From Psychrobacter cryohalolentis K5 (lineage in GTDB: Bacteria > Pseudomonadota > Gammaproteobacteria > Pseudomonadales > Moraxellaceae), in the NCBI RefSeq assembly GCF_000013905.1, contig NC_007969.1, positions 2,370,001 to 2,402,000 of the forward strand: a DNA stretch of 32,000 bases. The letters run 5' to 3'. Made by a program: the position numbers and the translations under genes. The notes under the pieces were generated by a model. The model had not been told where the DNA came from, did not search any database, and saw only the letters and a program-made list of their open reading frames with translations. Positions 18,428 to 28,139 of the stretch are shown here, one piece after another (within the stretch, counting starts at the first letter, position 1; each line of letters begins with the position of its first letter).

Positions 18428-19774
18428 TTAGTTCAAGATACCATAAGCAACTAAGGCATCGGCAACACGTTTAAAGCCGACGATATTAGCGCCAGTCATA
18501 TAATCGATATAACCTTTATCAGTTTGATGGTATTTTTCTGAGGCTTCAGCAGCGCCGTCATGAATATTTTTCATAATAACTTTTAAACGTGCATCAATCT
18601 CTTCAAAAGTTTTGTACTGACGTACTGAGTTCTGTGACATCTCAAGACCAGATACTGCTACGCCGCCTGCATTTGCCGCTTTACCTGGAGCATAGTGCAC
18701 ACGGTGCAAGCGGATATGATCAATTGCTTCTGCAGTCAATGGCATATTAGCGCCTTCAACCACATACTTAATGCCGTTCTCAACCATCAGCTTAGCGTCG
18801 TCTTCATTCACTTCGTTTTGCGTGGCTGATGGAATAGCGATATCGCCTTTGATATGCCAAGGTTTTTGACCAGCGAACCATTCACCGCCATAGACAGCTA
18901 CGTAATCTGCTAATGGTTGGCTTTTTGCTTTTTGCGCTTTTAACCAGTTTATTTTTTCTTGATTTAGACCCGCCCCATCATACAAGGTACCTTGGGAATC
19001 AGATACGGTGACCACAACACCGCCCAGCATATGAGCTTTTTCAGCGGCATGTAGAGAGACGTTACCCGCGCCTGAAACCAGTACTCGCTTACCATCTATG
19101 CGCTCATTTTGAGCCGTTAGCATATTTTCTAAGAAGTAAACCGCGCCATAGCCCGTCGCTTCCGTACGCATCAAACTGCCACCAAACCCTACGCCTTTAC
19201 CAGTCAATACACCGCCGTATTCGCGGGTCAGGTTTTTATACATGGCAAACATATAGCTGATTTCGCGTCCGCTAACGCCGATATCACCTGCCGGTACATC
19301 CGTATCTTTATTGATATAGGGATGCAGCTCACGCATGAAAGCATAGCAAAAACGACGGATTTCGTTGTCTGACTTGCCCTTTGGATCAAAATCAGAACCA
19401 CCTTTAGCGCCGCCCATTGGCAAACCGGTCAAGGCATTTTTAAAAATTTGCTCAAATCCTAAGAATTTTAAGACCGATTGATTGACGGTTGGGTGAAATC
19501 TAATACCACCCTTATAAGGACCTAACGCGTTACTAAATTGGACACGCCAGCCGCGATTGACCTGTACTACACCTTTATCGTTTTCCCAGTTGATACGGAA
19601 ACCCATCACGCGGTCAGGCTCAACCAAGCGCTCAAAAACTTTGAAAGCATCATATTCAGGATGAGAGTCATATAGTGGCGCAATCGTGATTGCAACTTCT
19701 TTTACTGCCTGAATAAACTCAGGTTGATGGGCATAACGTGCTTCGATTTTTTCGATTGCCTGACTGATACTCAT
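18428..19774 (-). CDS. gdhA: NADP-specific glutamate dehydrogenase
   Basis: 448 aa. The hexameric GDH motif GPYKGGIRFHP and the catalytic region LPMGGAKGGSDFDPKG. AAGGAA RBS. Confidence 0.95.
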   Translation of the reverse strand: MSISQAIEKIEARYAHQPEFIQAVKEVAITIAPLYDSHPEYDAFKVFERLVEPDRVMGFRINWENDKGVVQVNRGWRVQFSNALGPYKGGIRFHPTVNQSVLKFLGFEQIFKNALTGLPMGGAKGGSDFDPKGKSDNEIRRFCYAFMRELHPYINKDTDVPAGDIGVSGREISYMFAMYKNLTREYGGVLTGKGVGFGGSLMRTEATGYGAVYFLENMLTAQNERIDGKRVLVSGAGNVSLHAAEKAHMLGGVVVTVSDSQGTLYDGAGLNQEKINWLKAQKAKSQPLADYVAVYGGEWFAGQKPWHIKGDIAIPSATQNEVNEDDAKLMVENGIKYVVEGANMPLTAEAIDHIRLHRVHYAPGKAANAGGVAVSGLEMSQNSVRQYKTFEEIDARLKVIMKNIHDGAAEASEKYHQTDKGYIDYMTGANIVGFKRVADALVAYGILN

Positions 19775-20683
19775 ATAGGTTCCTTAGGGTAGAAATTGTA
19801 ATCGTGCTGATTTACACCGGCGCACTATCGCATACCCGAAAATGATAGGATGGTGAACACAGTTGTAGGATTGATGTCGCTGCTATACGCTATTTGGTAT
19901 AACAACTGGTGGGATTAGAATCCAACGGTTTGGGTCGCTAAATTATGATAAAGAAGCCCAGACTATTTTTATCTCACAACTGTATATCATTTTTTTGATG
20001 TATACGTCTAGTAAATATCGGCATCATCAAAAGTTATGGATAAGTTTTTATCATTAAAATATCTGAAAATAGTGCGTAGTAAAAATTTAATAATTAAAAA
20101 AAAGGTGATTACTTCAGAAAGCTTTAGACGACTGAAGCAAATATTGAAGCATTTGCCTTTAACACTGAATGAATAATGAATAATTATTTCATTAGCACTA
20201 TCAAAAGGCGTCGATGAAGAGCGCATTCGAGCTATGCAGCTTTTATCGTCACTGGGTGATCTATTGGTCGCGAATTGGCTTGTGGTAGCACCGACCGTAT
20301 TATGATTCAATGTATGAAAAACTATGTGATCATGACTTCATCAGGTTATAAGACGGCAATGAATATTAGGGCTAAACTGAATGATAAACTTGGCTTAATA
20401 TTCTTAGATATTGAATGTGCTTTGGAGGCATTGATGAAATTAATGGGCTAAGTGGTGTTAAAGAACCATCAACGCTGTTTGATACCTCATCTAGCTATCA
20501 ATCGCTTTATCAATAACACTTTAAATGAAAATAGGCACCCTGTCTTATAAAAATTATTTAAGGCATTGCACACTGTTTATATGCAATGCGTCATTAGCAC
20601 ATTTAAGTAATGGAAATAGCCATTCACAATGAGATGTTAATACATTAAGGCATCTGATGTGGCAACGCTCATTCTAAAGCTAC

Positions 20684-21268
20684 TTAAACTGCCTGCCACT
20701 GCTGCCGAGTGATCTTATATAGCACATGTTCAGCGAGTAAATGATTTGACTCAAGTGCAGGATGATAAAAATTGTTTTGCGTATCAGTCATTCTGATACG
20801 CTTCATAAGCAGTTGAGAACGCTTATTAATCACAGCAGTAAATGCAACCACCTCATCAAGCGCCAGCTCGCTGAAAGCAAAATCTAAAGACGCACGAGCA
20901 GCTTCAGTTGCATAGCCTTGTCCCCAAAAATCCTTACGCAGTCGCCAAGCAATCTCAACACAGGGAGCAAAAGACATATCAGCATGCGTCTGATTTAAGC
21001 CAACAAAACCAATAAAGTCATCGTTTTTGTTTGAACAGTCTTTTAGACTAATCGCCCAAAATCCCCAACCATTATCTTCAATCAGCTGCTGGCATTTACT
21101 CGCAATAATATCGCTCACTTTAGCTGATAAAAGCTTGGGGAAATACTTCATAACCTCTGGATCGGCATTCATAGCAGCAAATATTGCAAAATCGCTTGCT
21201 TGCCACTGTCTAAGATAAAGACGCTCTGTTTCTATATAAGGTTTCATTCGGTACTCTATAAAGCTCAT
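20684..21268 (-). CDS. GNAT-family N-acetyltransferase (RimJ/RimL-like, Acetyltransf_3)
   Basis: The N-terminus ETERLYLRQWQASD...NADPEVMKYFP and WGQGYATEAA (acetyl-CoA site) are typical of this GNAT subgroup. Confidence 0.8.
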   Translation of the reverse strand: MSFIEYRMKPYIETERLYLRQWQASDFAIFAAMNADPEVMKYFPKLLSAKVSDIIASKCQQLIEDNGWGFWAISLKDCSNKNDDFIGFVGLNQTHADMSFAPCVEIAWRLRKDFWGQGYATEAARASLDFAFSELALDEVVAFTAVINKRSQLLMKRIRMTDTQNNFYHPALESNHLLAEHVLYKITRQQWQAV

Positions 21269-21414
21269 TAAATTGCCTATTTACCTAATTTCTCAAGCCA
21301 TTCTTATGATGGCTACCCAGTTTAAGCCGCCTTAATCAATAGTTGGCTTATTATTATGGCTGGTAGTTATCATTAGTAACTTATCCGCCATTGTAATCAC
21401 CTAGCCTTTCTCTT

Positions 21415-21500
21415 AGTATCGTTTGATAAGTATCGTTTGATAAGTATCGTTTGATAAGTATCGTTTGATAAGTATCGTTTGATAAGTATCCCTTAATAAG
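21415..21500. repeat. Tandem repeat: 14-bp unit AGTATCGTTTGATA, 5 perfect copies plus 1 degenerate copy (AGTATCCCTTAATA)
   Basis: Read directly. Perfect units at 21415, 21429, 21443, 21457 and 21471. The degenerate unit is at 21485-21498. Located between the divergent GNAT and DsbA-like genes. Confidence 0.95.
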
Positions 21501-21590
21501 CATATTGATTACAGTCAGCTTCAGGTAAGAAAGCTTACTTCAAATGGTACTTCATTAGATAAAAAACAGACAATAAATTAGGTGAAAAAT

Positions 21591-22259
21591 ATGGAAAACT
21601 CAAAGCAGTTAACATCAGAGCAGCCACTGCGCATCGATATCGTATCAGACGTGGTCTGCCCTTGGTGTGTCGTCGGCTATCGCCAACTGGCAGCCGCACT
21701 AGAGCAAACCAATACTGATCATGAGATACATTGGCATCCGTTTGAGCTAAATCCTAATATGCCAAGCGAGGGTCAAAACATGCGTGAGCATATCATGGAG
21801 AAATATGGCTCAAGCAAAGCCGAGTCAGACGCTAGCCGCACTAGAATAGCCGAAGCAGGTTCTGAGGTCGGCTTTGAGTTTAATTTTACTGATGACTTGC
21901 GTATGCACAACACCTTTAATCTGCATCAGCTTTTGCATTGGGCTGAGCAGCAAGGGCGCATGCATGAGTTAAAGCAGGCATTATTTATCGCGCACTTTAC
22001 CGATAATAGAAACCTCTCTGATATCAGGGTACTTGCCGATATTGCTGCAGAGATTGGGTTAGATGGTAAAGAAGCGTTGACGGTTTTAGAAGACCAGCGG
22101 TTTGCCAATGCCGTACGTGAGATAGAGCAGCATTGGCAGCGGCAAGGTATTCAAAGCGTCCCTGCTATCATTTTTAATGAGCAGCACTTGGTTAGTGGCG
22201 CGCAAGGCGTGGATAATTATGTCAATATTTTAGAGCAGCTAGCCAATATGCAAGAATAA
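21591..22259 (+). CDS. DsbA-family thiol oxidoreductase (FrnE / 2-hydroxychromene-2-carboxylate isomerase-like)
   Basis: N-terminal IDIVSDVVCPWCVVGY (CPWC active site) and C-terminal VPAIIFNEQHLVSGAQ. The ATG at 21591 has AGGTGA 5 nt upstream. The track start at 21582 is GTG. Confidence 0.8.
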   Translation: MENSKQLTSEQPLRIDIVSDVVCPWCVVGYRQLAAALEQTNTDHEIHWHPFELNPNMPSEGQNMREHIMEKYGSSKAESDASRTRIAEAGSEVGFEFNFTDDLRMHNTFNLHQLLHWAEQQGRMHELKQALFIAHFTDNRNLSDIRVLADIAAEIGLDGKEALTVLEDQRFANAVREIEQHWQRQGIQSVPAIIFNEQHLVSGAQGVDNYVNILEQLANMQE

Positions 22260-22287
22260 ATTAAGATTTTTTAGTAGGACCATTTGT

Positions 22288-22536
22288 ATGAATAAAGATA
22301 AACCAATCACCCTATCAGATGAAACTGAGATCCTTATCTTAGATCAACTACGGGTTTATATGAATGATGAATTCGATATCGATATTGGCAATTTGCCCGC
22401 TAAGTTCTTATTGGATTTTATCATCGAAACCGTAGGTCCACATTTATACAATCAAGTGGTCGATGATATGGAGCCATGGCTATACGAGAGGTTTACGGGG
22501 ATGTTAGAAGACATGCATAGCTTTAAAAAGGACTAA
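22288..22536 (+). CDS. DUF2164 domain-containing protein
   Basis: 82 aa. The pattern IGNLPAKFLLDFIIETVGPHLYNQVVDD matches the DUF2164 core as I remember it (IGDL.A..LLDFF.EEIGP..YNQA..DA). TAGGA RBS. Confidence 0.7.
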   Translation: MNKDKPITLSDETEILILDQLRVYMNDEFDIDIGNLPAKFLLDFIIETVGPHLYNQVVDDMEPWLYERFTGMLEDMHSFKKD

Positions 22537-22539
22537 AAG

Positions 22540-22599
22540 ATAGACAGAAAAAAGCCGCTCCTATCATAGGTATTATAGGAGCGGCTTTTTTCTGTCTAT
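22540..22599. terminator. Bidirectional terminator: 25-bp perfect inverted repeat
   Basis: ATAGACAGAAAAAAGCCGCTCCTAT (22540-22564) is the exact reverse complement of 22575-22599, with a 10-nt loop. A6/T6 tracts flank the GC-rich core. Lies between convergent DUF2164 and adhC. Confidence 0.85.
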
Positions 22600-22625
22600 A
22601 GTACTAATTTTATAACTGTTACAAG

Positions 22626-23795
<1,170 letters not shown>

Positions 23796-23827
23796 TTATA
23801 TTACTTCCCTGCTAATGATAATATAGC

Positions 23828-23841
23828 ATATTTGCAAATAT
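23828..23841. promoter_or_regulatory. Perfect 14-bp palindrome ATATTTGCAAATAT in the adhC/LysR divergent region; candidate LTTR site
   Basis: Read directly. It lies 23 nt upstream of the LysR ATG (23864) and 78 nt upstream of the adhC start. Confidence 0.35.
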
Positions 23842-23863
23842 CTTTTACACAGTGGTAATAATC

Positions 23864-24730
23864 ATGAAGTGGGATGGTATCAGTGAGTTTGTTTACGTGG
23901 CAGAATTTGAGAGCTTTACTAAAGCGGCGTCCAAGCTTGCCATCTCGACGGCTCAAGTGAGTCGGCAAGTCACTGCACTGGAGAAGCGGCTCAATACCAA
24001 GCTGCTGTATCGAACCACGCGTAAAGTGTCGCTAACAGAAGAAGGGCGGGTGTTTTATCAGCATTGCCGCAGCATCCTTGATGGACTCGATGCCGCAGAG
24101 CAAGCGGTCAGTAATTTGCAGTCCAAACCGCAAGGTCGCATCAATCTGACAGCTCCTGTCACCTATGGAGAACAGCAGCTATTGCCACTGATAAATGATT
24201 TTATGGTGCAATATAGTGATATCGAAGTGACGGCTTTTTTGAGCAATCAGAAGATTGATTTGATTGAAGGTGGTTATGATTTGGCAATACGTATCGGTAA
24301 GCTGAGCGACTCTACGATGATGGCAAATAAACTCAGTCACCGTACCAACTTTGTCTGTGCATCGCCCGCTTATTTTGAGAAATATGGTCGCCCAAAAACC
24401 TTGGATGAGCTGAGTCAACACAGCTGCTTATTGGGTACACTTGATTATTGGCATTTTAAAGAAGCAGATACAGAGCGCAATATACGCGTGAGCGGCAAGA
24501 TACGTTATAACAGTGGTTATAGCTTGGTTGATGCCGCGCTAAAGGGGCTTGGTATCGTACAATTGCCAGATTATTATGTACAAAAACATCTAGCAACCGG
24601 TCGTTTAATGACGGTATTGGACGGATATAGAGAGCAAGAAGAAGGGATATGGGCAGTCTACCCGCACAATCGTCATTTATCGCCAAAAATTAGGCTGTTG
24701 GTGGACTATCTAGCAGATCATTTGGCGTAA
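23864..24730 (+). CDS. LysR-family transcriptional regulator
   Basis: N-terminal wHTH (FTKAASKLAISTAQVSRQVTALEKRLNTKLLYRTTRKVSLTEEG) and a C-terminal LysR substrate-binding domain. The ATG at 23864 is preferred over the GTG at 23852. Confidence 0.9.
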   Translation: MKWDGISEFVYVAEFESFTKAASKLAISTAQVSRQVTALEKRLNTKLLYRTTRKVSLTEEGRVFYQHCRSILDGLDAAEQAVSNLQSKPQGRINLTAPVTYGEQQLLPLINDFMVQYSDIEVTAFLSNQKIDLIEGGYDLAIRIGKLSDSTMMANKLSHRTNFVCASPAYFEKYGRPKTLDELSQHSCLLGTLDYWHFKEADTERNIRVSGKIRYNSGYSLVDAALKGLGIVQLPDYYVQKHLATGRLMTVLDGYREQEEGIWAVYPHNRHLSPKIRLLVDYLADHLA

Positions 24731-24868
24731 TAATTCGTTAAGGCCTATTGCAATGCGACTCTTTACTATGCACCGTTTATTACGCACAATGTAATGATGT
24801 ATTATAAGGACTCGATGTTGCCAACCATCACTCACTGAATAAACGACCACCATAAAAAAGGAATTTTT

Positions 24869-25387
24869 ATGCTTAAGATTATCTCTATTGCTGCCTTAGC
24901 TTTGGCTGTATCCTCTTGCGCCAGTGTTGAAAATATTTTAAACGCGTCTGATAAGATGCCATCAACGCCAGAAACGATGATTGCTATCAATGCTAAAAAA
25001 GGTTTGGTTACGATGCAAAGTCCTCATTCCGTGCAAGATACCGCTGATAAGCTGGCAGCGATTATTGAAAGCAAAGGTATGAAGGTGTTCGCACGCGTCG
25101 ATCATCAAAAAAATGCAAAAAGTGTCGATTTAACATTAAGACCAACACAAGTCATTATGTTTGGTAATCCAAAAGCGGGTACGCCATTGATGCAATGCGA
25201 GCAAAGCGTCGCCATCGCCTTACCGCAAAAAATTCTCATCAGCGAAGATGCCGATAAAAAAGTATGGCTGTCATATAATAATCCTGAGTATTTAAAAAAT
25301 CGTCATAATATTAAGGGTTGCGATACCGAGATTGCTAACATCTCAAAAGCGCTTAACAGTGTTAGTAAGGCAGCTATTGCCAAGTAA
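24869..25387 (+). CDS. DUF302 domain-containing lipoprotein
   Basis: Signal peptide with lipobox LAVSSC. The DUF302-like core is VIMFGNPKAGTPLMQ...ALPQKILISED..KVWLSYNNPEYL. AAGGAA RBS. Confidence 0.7.
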   Translation: MLKIISIAALALAVSSCASVENILNASDKMPSTPETMIAINAKKGLVTMQSPHSVQDTADKLAAIIESKGMKVFARVDHQKNAKSVDLTLRPTQVIMFGNPKAGTPLMQCEQSVAIALPQKILISEDADKKVWLSYNNPEYLKNRHNIKGCDTEIANISKALNSVSKAAIAK

Positions 25388-25412
25388 ATTTCTAGCAAAA
25401 AATTTAATCAAT

Positions 25413-25450
25413 AAAAAGGTGGGTAGCCAAATCGCAACCCACCTTTTTTC
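25413..25450. terminator. Bidirectional rho-independent terminator (DUF302 / DUF4031 convergent pair)
   Basis: AAAAAGGTGGGT / ACCCACCTTTTTT hairpin with A and T tracts on either side. Confidence 0.8.
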
Positions 25451-25475
25451 TATCTCTAGAATATTAACTTATTTA

Positions 25476-25763
25476 TTAGCAATGCTCAGAGCGTGCTATT
25501 TGCTCACGCAACTCTACTTTTAATTTCTTTGCACATTCTATAATCTTTTTTCGATCGGCAGGGATAGCACCATACTCAATCGCTATCTCTCGCATTTGTA
25601 CGGTGACATCGTAGTGCGGGTAACTGGCATGACGATGGAATAAGCGCGCATCCACTTCAATCAACGCAGCAAAATCATGCAGCTCTTGCAAGGTATCTGC
25701 CAGCAGATGGCACCACTTATAGCCTTTAAACTCTATCTGCATAAAATCCACGTATATCGCCAT
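25476..25763 (-). CDS. DUF4031 domain-containing protein
   Basis: 95 aa. MAIYVD....WCHLLADTLQELHDFAALIEV....FH....PHYDV matches the DUF4031 pattern as I remember it (VYVDD...MCHM.ADT.EELH..A..IG....HYD). AAGGGA RBS. Confidence 0.65.
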   Translation of the reverse strand: MAIYVDFMQIEFKGYKWCHLLADTLQELHDFAALIEVDARLFHRHASYPHYDVTVQMREIAIEYGAIPADRKKIIECAKKLKVELREQIARSEHC

Positions 25764-25835
25764 AAGGCTATCCCTTTATTTATTGCTTTAAAATAATTTA
25801 AGTACTTTTACTCTAGTGCATCTACCACACACAAA

Positions 25836-28139
25836 TCAGTATAACCTTGGTAATTCCCTTACGTCTTTCTTTAGCTGCTTAAGTACTTGCTGGTACTCAT
25901 TATTACTCATATCTATCGTGCTCAAACGCCCATAACGCAGCTGACGATAATCCTGTTTAATCTGCTCGATTTTCATTTGAGCCACTGTTAAAGCATTGCT
26001 GTCTACCAACTGACTAGGACTACTACTCTGAGTATTTGTCCCTGTGTTTGCTTCAGGTTTTGGACGAGCACTTGTATCAAGTGACATTGCCAAGCGTTCA
26101 AGCCATGCCAATTGCCCTTCACTCTCAAACCTAGCCAACGTTTTATTATTCTTGCCAATACGTTTTGATAGCTGTGCAAGTGGCAGATCTGCTGGATGCC
26201 AGCGCTTGCGGCGGCGTTGCCAAATGACAAAAACGAGAATTACCATGACGGTAATAGCACTCACTGCCAACCAAATAATTTGCTGCATCACTGAGCGGAT
26301 GTTAAACCATTTGAGTAGTGAGTCCGCTTGCTTGTCCTGATCGTAACCAACGACGTCTTTTTGCCAATAGTAACTGGCTTGATCTGAGAGGCGGCGTAAG
26401 GTTTGTAGCATTTGATACTGCTGATAGCTGATTTGCGCGCCAGCGCCATCGCCGAATATCGCTGCTCCTTGCGACTGCGTCAGCGCATCCATGCCTTGCT
26501 CGACGCGCTCAGGCGCAACAAAAGCTGTCGGATCGACACGTACCCAGCCTTGACCCTCAAGCCAAACTTCCGTCCAAGCGTGTGCATCCTTTTGTCGCAC
26601 CTCCCAAACATTGCCGCCGCGGCTTAGCTCGCCACCTTGATAGCCTGCCACGACCCGTGCAGGTATGCCAGCTGCCCGCATCATAAAGGTAAAGCTGGAA
26701 GAATAATGCTCACAGAATCCCGCTTTGGTCTCAAATAAAAACTCATCAATACGATTATTATTCAAGCGTGGCGGCGATAGCGTATAGCGAAATTCCGTTT
26801 GGTTAATCCAGCGCTCAATAGCTGCCATATAGCGTAGAGGATCTGAGCCTGACTGGACAAAAAGCTGCTGGGCTAATGCTCGTGCTTGTGGGTTGCCTTT
26901 ATTAGGCAAGGCAAGATTTAGTCGTCGCACCTCGTCAGTGAGTATAGGGTCAATCTGCATCGGCGTAAACTGTGCTACATCGTAGCGCAGCTGCTGCGTG
27001 ACAGGCTGGTCTTTTAACAAGGTAAAGTCTGAGGTGACACTGACATCTTGCTGCTGGGTAAACGGATAATCGAGTCCAAATAACCAGTTCTGCTGAGTAG
27101 GTTCTAAGATAATCTGATAAGTGTTGGGGGCAGCTTTCACCGCATCAGGAACAGTCGAAAATGCATTTTTAATCCAAGTAGGTATAGGTAACGTAGGCTT
27201 CCATGCTCGCTGCTGAGGGCTTTGACGCCAAGTAATGCCATCAAAATCGCTAAATACCAAGCCTCGCCAATACAACTCCTGCTGCGGGGGTCGATTGTCT
27301 GTAAACTCTACCCGAAAAGCCAATTCGGTTGACTGACCTAAATTAGCAAAATCACCTGGCGACATACTATCAGAGACGCCTGTGGTCGCTTGCTGCCCTG
27401 ATAACTGTACTGACCACAGTGGGGGCAAACGCGGAAAGAATAGAAACAGCACCACCAATAATGGCAATGCTCCAATGCCCAATACACCCAAGGTGCGCAG
27501 ACGACCATCACCGCGACTATTACCATCATCATTTAGCGCGATAAATGCCAACAACACAACAATCATGCCACAAATCACTTCTAAAGTCGTTATTAACCCT
27601 TGATCCATCAAAAACAACGCTGCAAGTACAAACAATGATAAATTCAACACCACATAAGCATCGCGGCGCTTGTAAAGCTCCCACAGTTTACTGATAAGGC
27701 AGAGCACTAAAAATGCCACACCCATATCCAGTCCAAATGCAGTATTGTAGGTCAGCCACAATCCTGCCAGCCCCAATAAGAAGCCAAGCATTTGCATGCC
27801 TTGATAGACGCGTTTTAAATATGCTATTTTTTTAAAACGCACTTTGATGCGTGGCAATTGGGCAATAATACTGACGACAGCAAAACCCATTAGCCATAAT
27901 GGTAAGTGTGCCGCATGAGGTAAGATAACAATGACTTGGGCAATTAATACCCAATAATAGGCTGGTAGCGCTAAAAAATTGCGATACCATTTTCTAGCGT
28001 AACCGTGGTCAACACTAGCGCGGGTGCTTTGACCCGTTGCCAATTGCTCAAAAATGGCTGTCTCTGTAGAATTTTTAGTAAGAAAATCGATCGATACATT
28101 TTCAATGTCATTTGAGGAAGATCGTTTAGAATTGTTCAT
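25836..28139 (-). CDS. tgpA: Membrane-anchored transglutaminase-like protein (TgpA family: DUF3488, transglutaminase core, DUF4129)
   Basis: N-terminal block of about 6 TM segments. Transglutaminase Cys-His-Asp core (GFCEHYSSSF...DAHAWTEVWLEGQGWVRVDPT) and a late TM segment. I prefer the ATG at 28139, which overlaps the DUF58 stop as ATGA, over the 28166 start in the track. Confidence 0.85.
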   Translation of the reverse strand: MNNSKRSSSNDIENVSIDFLTKNSTETAIFEQLATGQSTRASVDHGYARKWYRNFLALPAYYWVLIAQVIVILPHAAHLPLWLMGFAVVSIIAQLPRIKVRFKKIAYLKRVYQGMQMLGFLLGLAGLWLTYNTAFGLDMGVAFLVLCLISKLWELYKRRDAYVVLNLSLFVLAALFLMDQGLITTLEVICGMIVVLLAFIALNDDGNSRGDGRLRTLGVLGIGALPLLVVLFLFFPRLPPLWSVQLSGQQATTGVSDSMSPGDFANLGQSTELAFRVEFTDNRPPQQELYWRGLVFSDFDGITWRQSPQQRAWKPTLPIPTWIKNAFSTVPDAVKAAPNTYQIILEPTQQNWLFGLDYPFTQQQDVSVTSDFTLLKDQPVTQQLRYDVAQFTPMQIDPILTDEVRRLNLALPNKGNPQARALAQQLFVQSGSDPLRYMAAIERWINQTEFRYTLSPPRLNNNRIDEFLFETKAGFCEHYSSSFTFMMRAAGIPARVVAGYQGGELSRGGNVWEVRQKDAHAWTEVWLEGQGWVRVDPTAFVAPERVEQGMDALTQSQGAAIFGDGAGAQISYQQYQMLQTLRRLSDQASYYWQKDVVGYDQDKQADSLLKWFNIRSVMQQIIWLAVSAITVMVILVFVIWQRRRKRWHPADLPLAQLSKRIGKNNKTLARFESEGQLAWLERLAMSLDTSARPKPEANTGTNTQSSSPSQLVDSNALTVAQMKIEQIKQDYRQLRYGRLSTIDMSNNEYQQVLKQLKKDVRELPRLY

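Noticed and set aside
19895-19945. tRNA-like fragment (GGTGGGATTAGAATCCAACGG) upstream of gdhA.
   Set aside because: It contains only a 5-bp GGATT/AATCC palindrome. No acceptor, D or anticodon arms can be drawn, so it is not a tRNA or a convincing tRNA remnant.
20008-20310. 100-aa minus-strand ORF in the gdhA-GNAT gap.
   Set aside because: It has a TTG start, no RBS and a low-complexity, Ser/Phe/Ile-rich translation with no motifs. It is probably a chance ORF in AT-rich DNA, so the region is reported as a finding instead.
20684-21268. GNAT as the toxin of a TacT/TacA-type (GNAT-DUF1778) toxin-antitoxin pair.
   Set aside because: At 194 aa with RimJ/RimL-type N-terminal motifs it is not TacT-like. 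There is no small upstream antitoxin ORF, and the upstream region is occupied by the tandem repeat and non-coding DNA.
21415-21500. Could the 14-bp repeat array be a CRISPR array?
   Set aside because: The units are directly adjacent with no spacers, the repeat is far too short, and no cas genes or leader are nearby. It is a simple tandem repeat.
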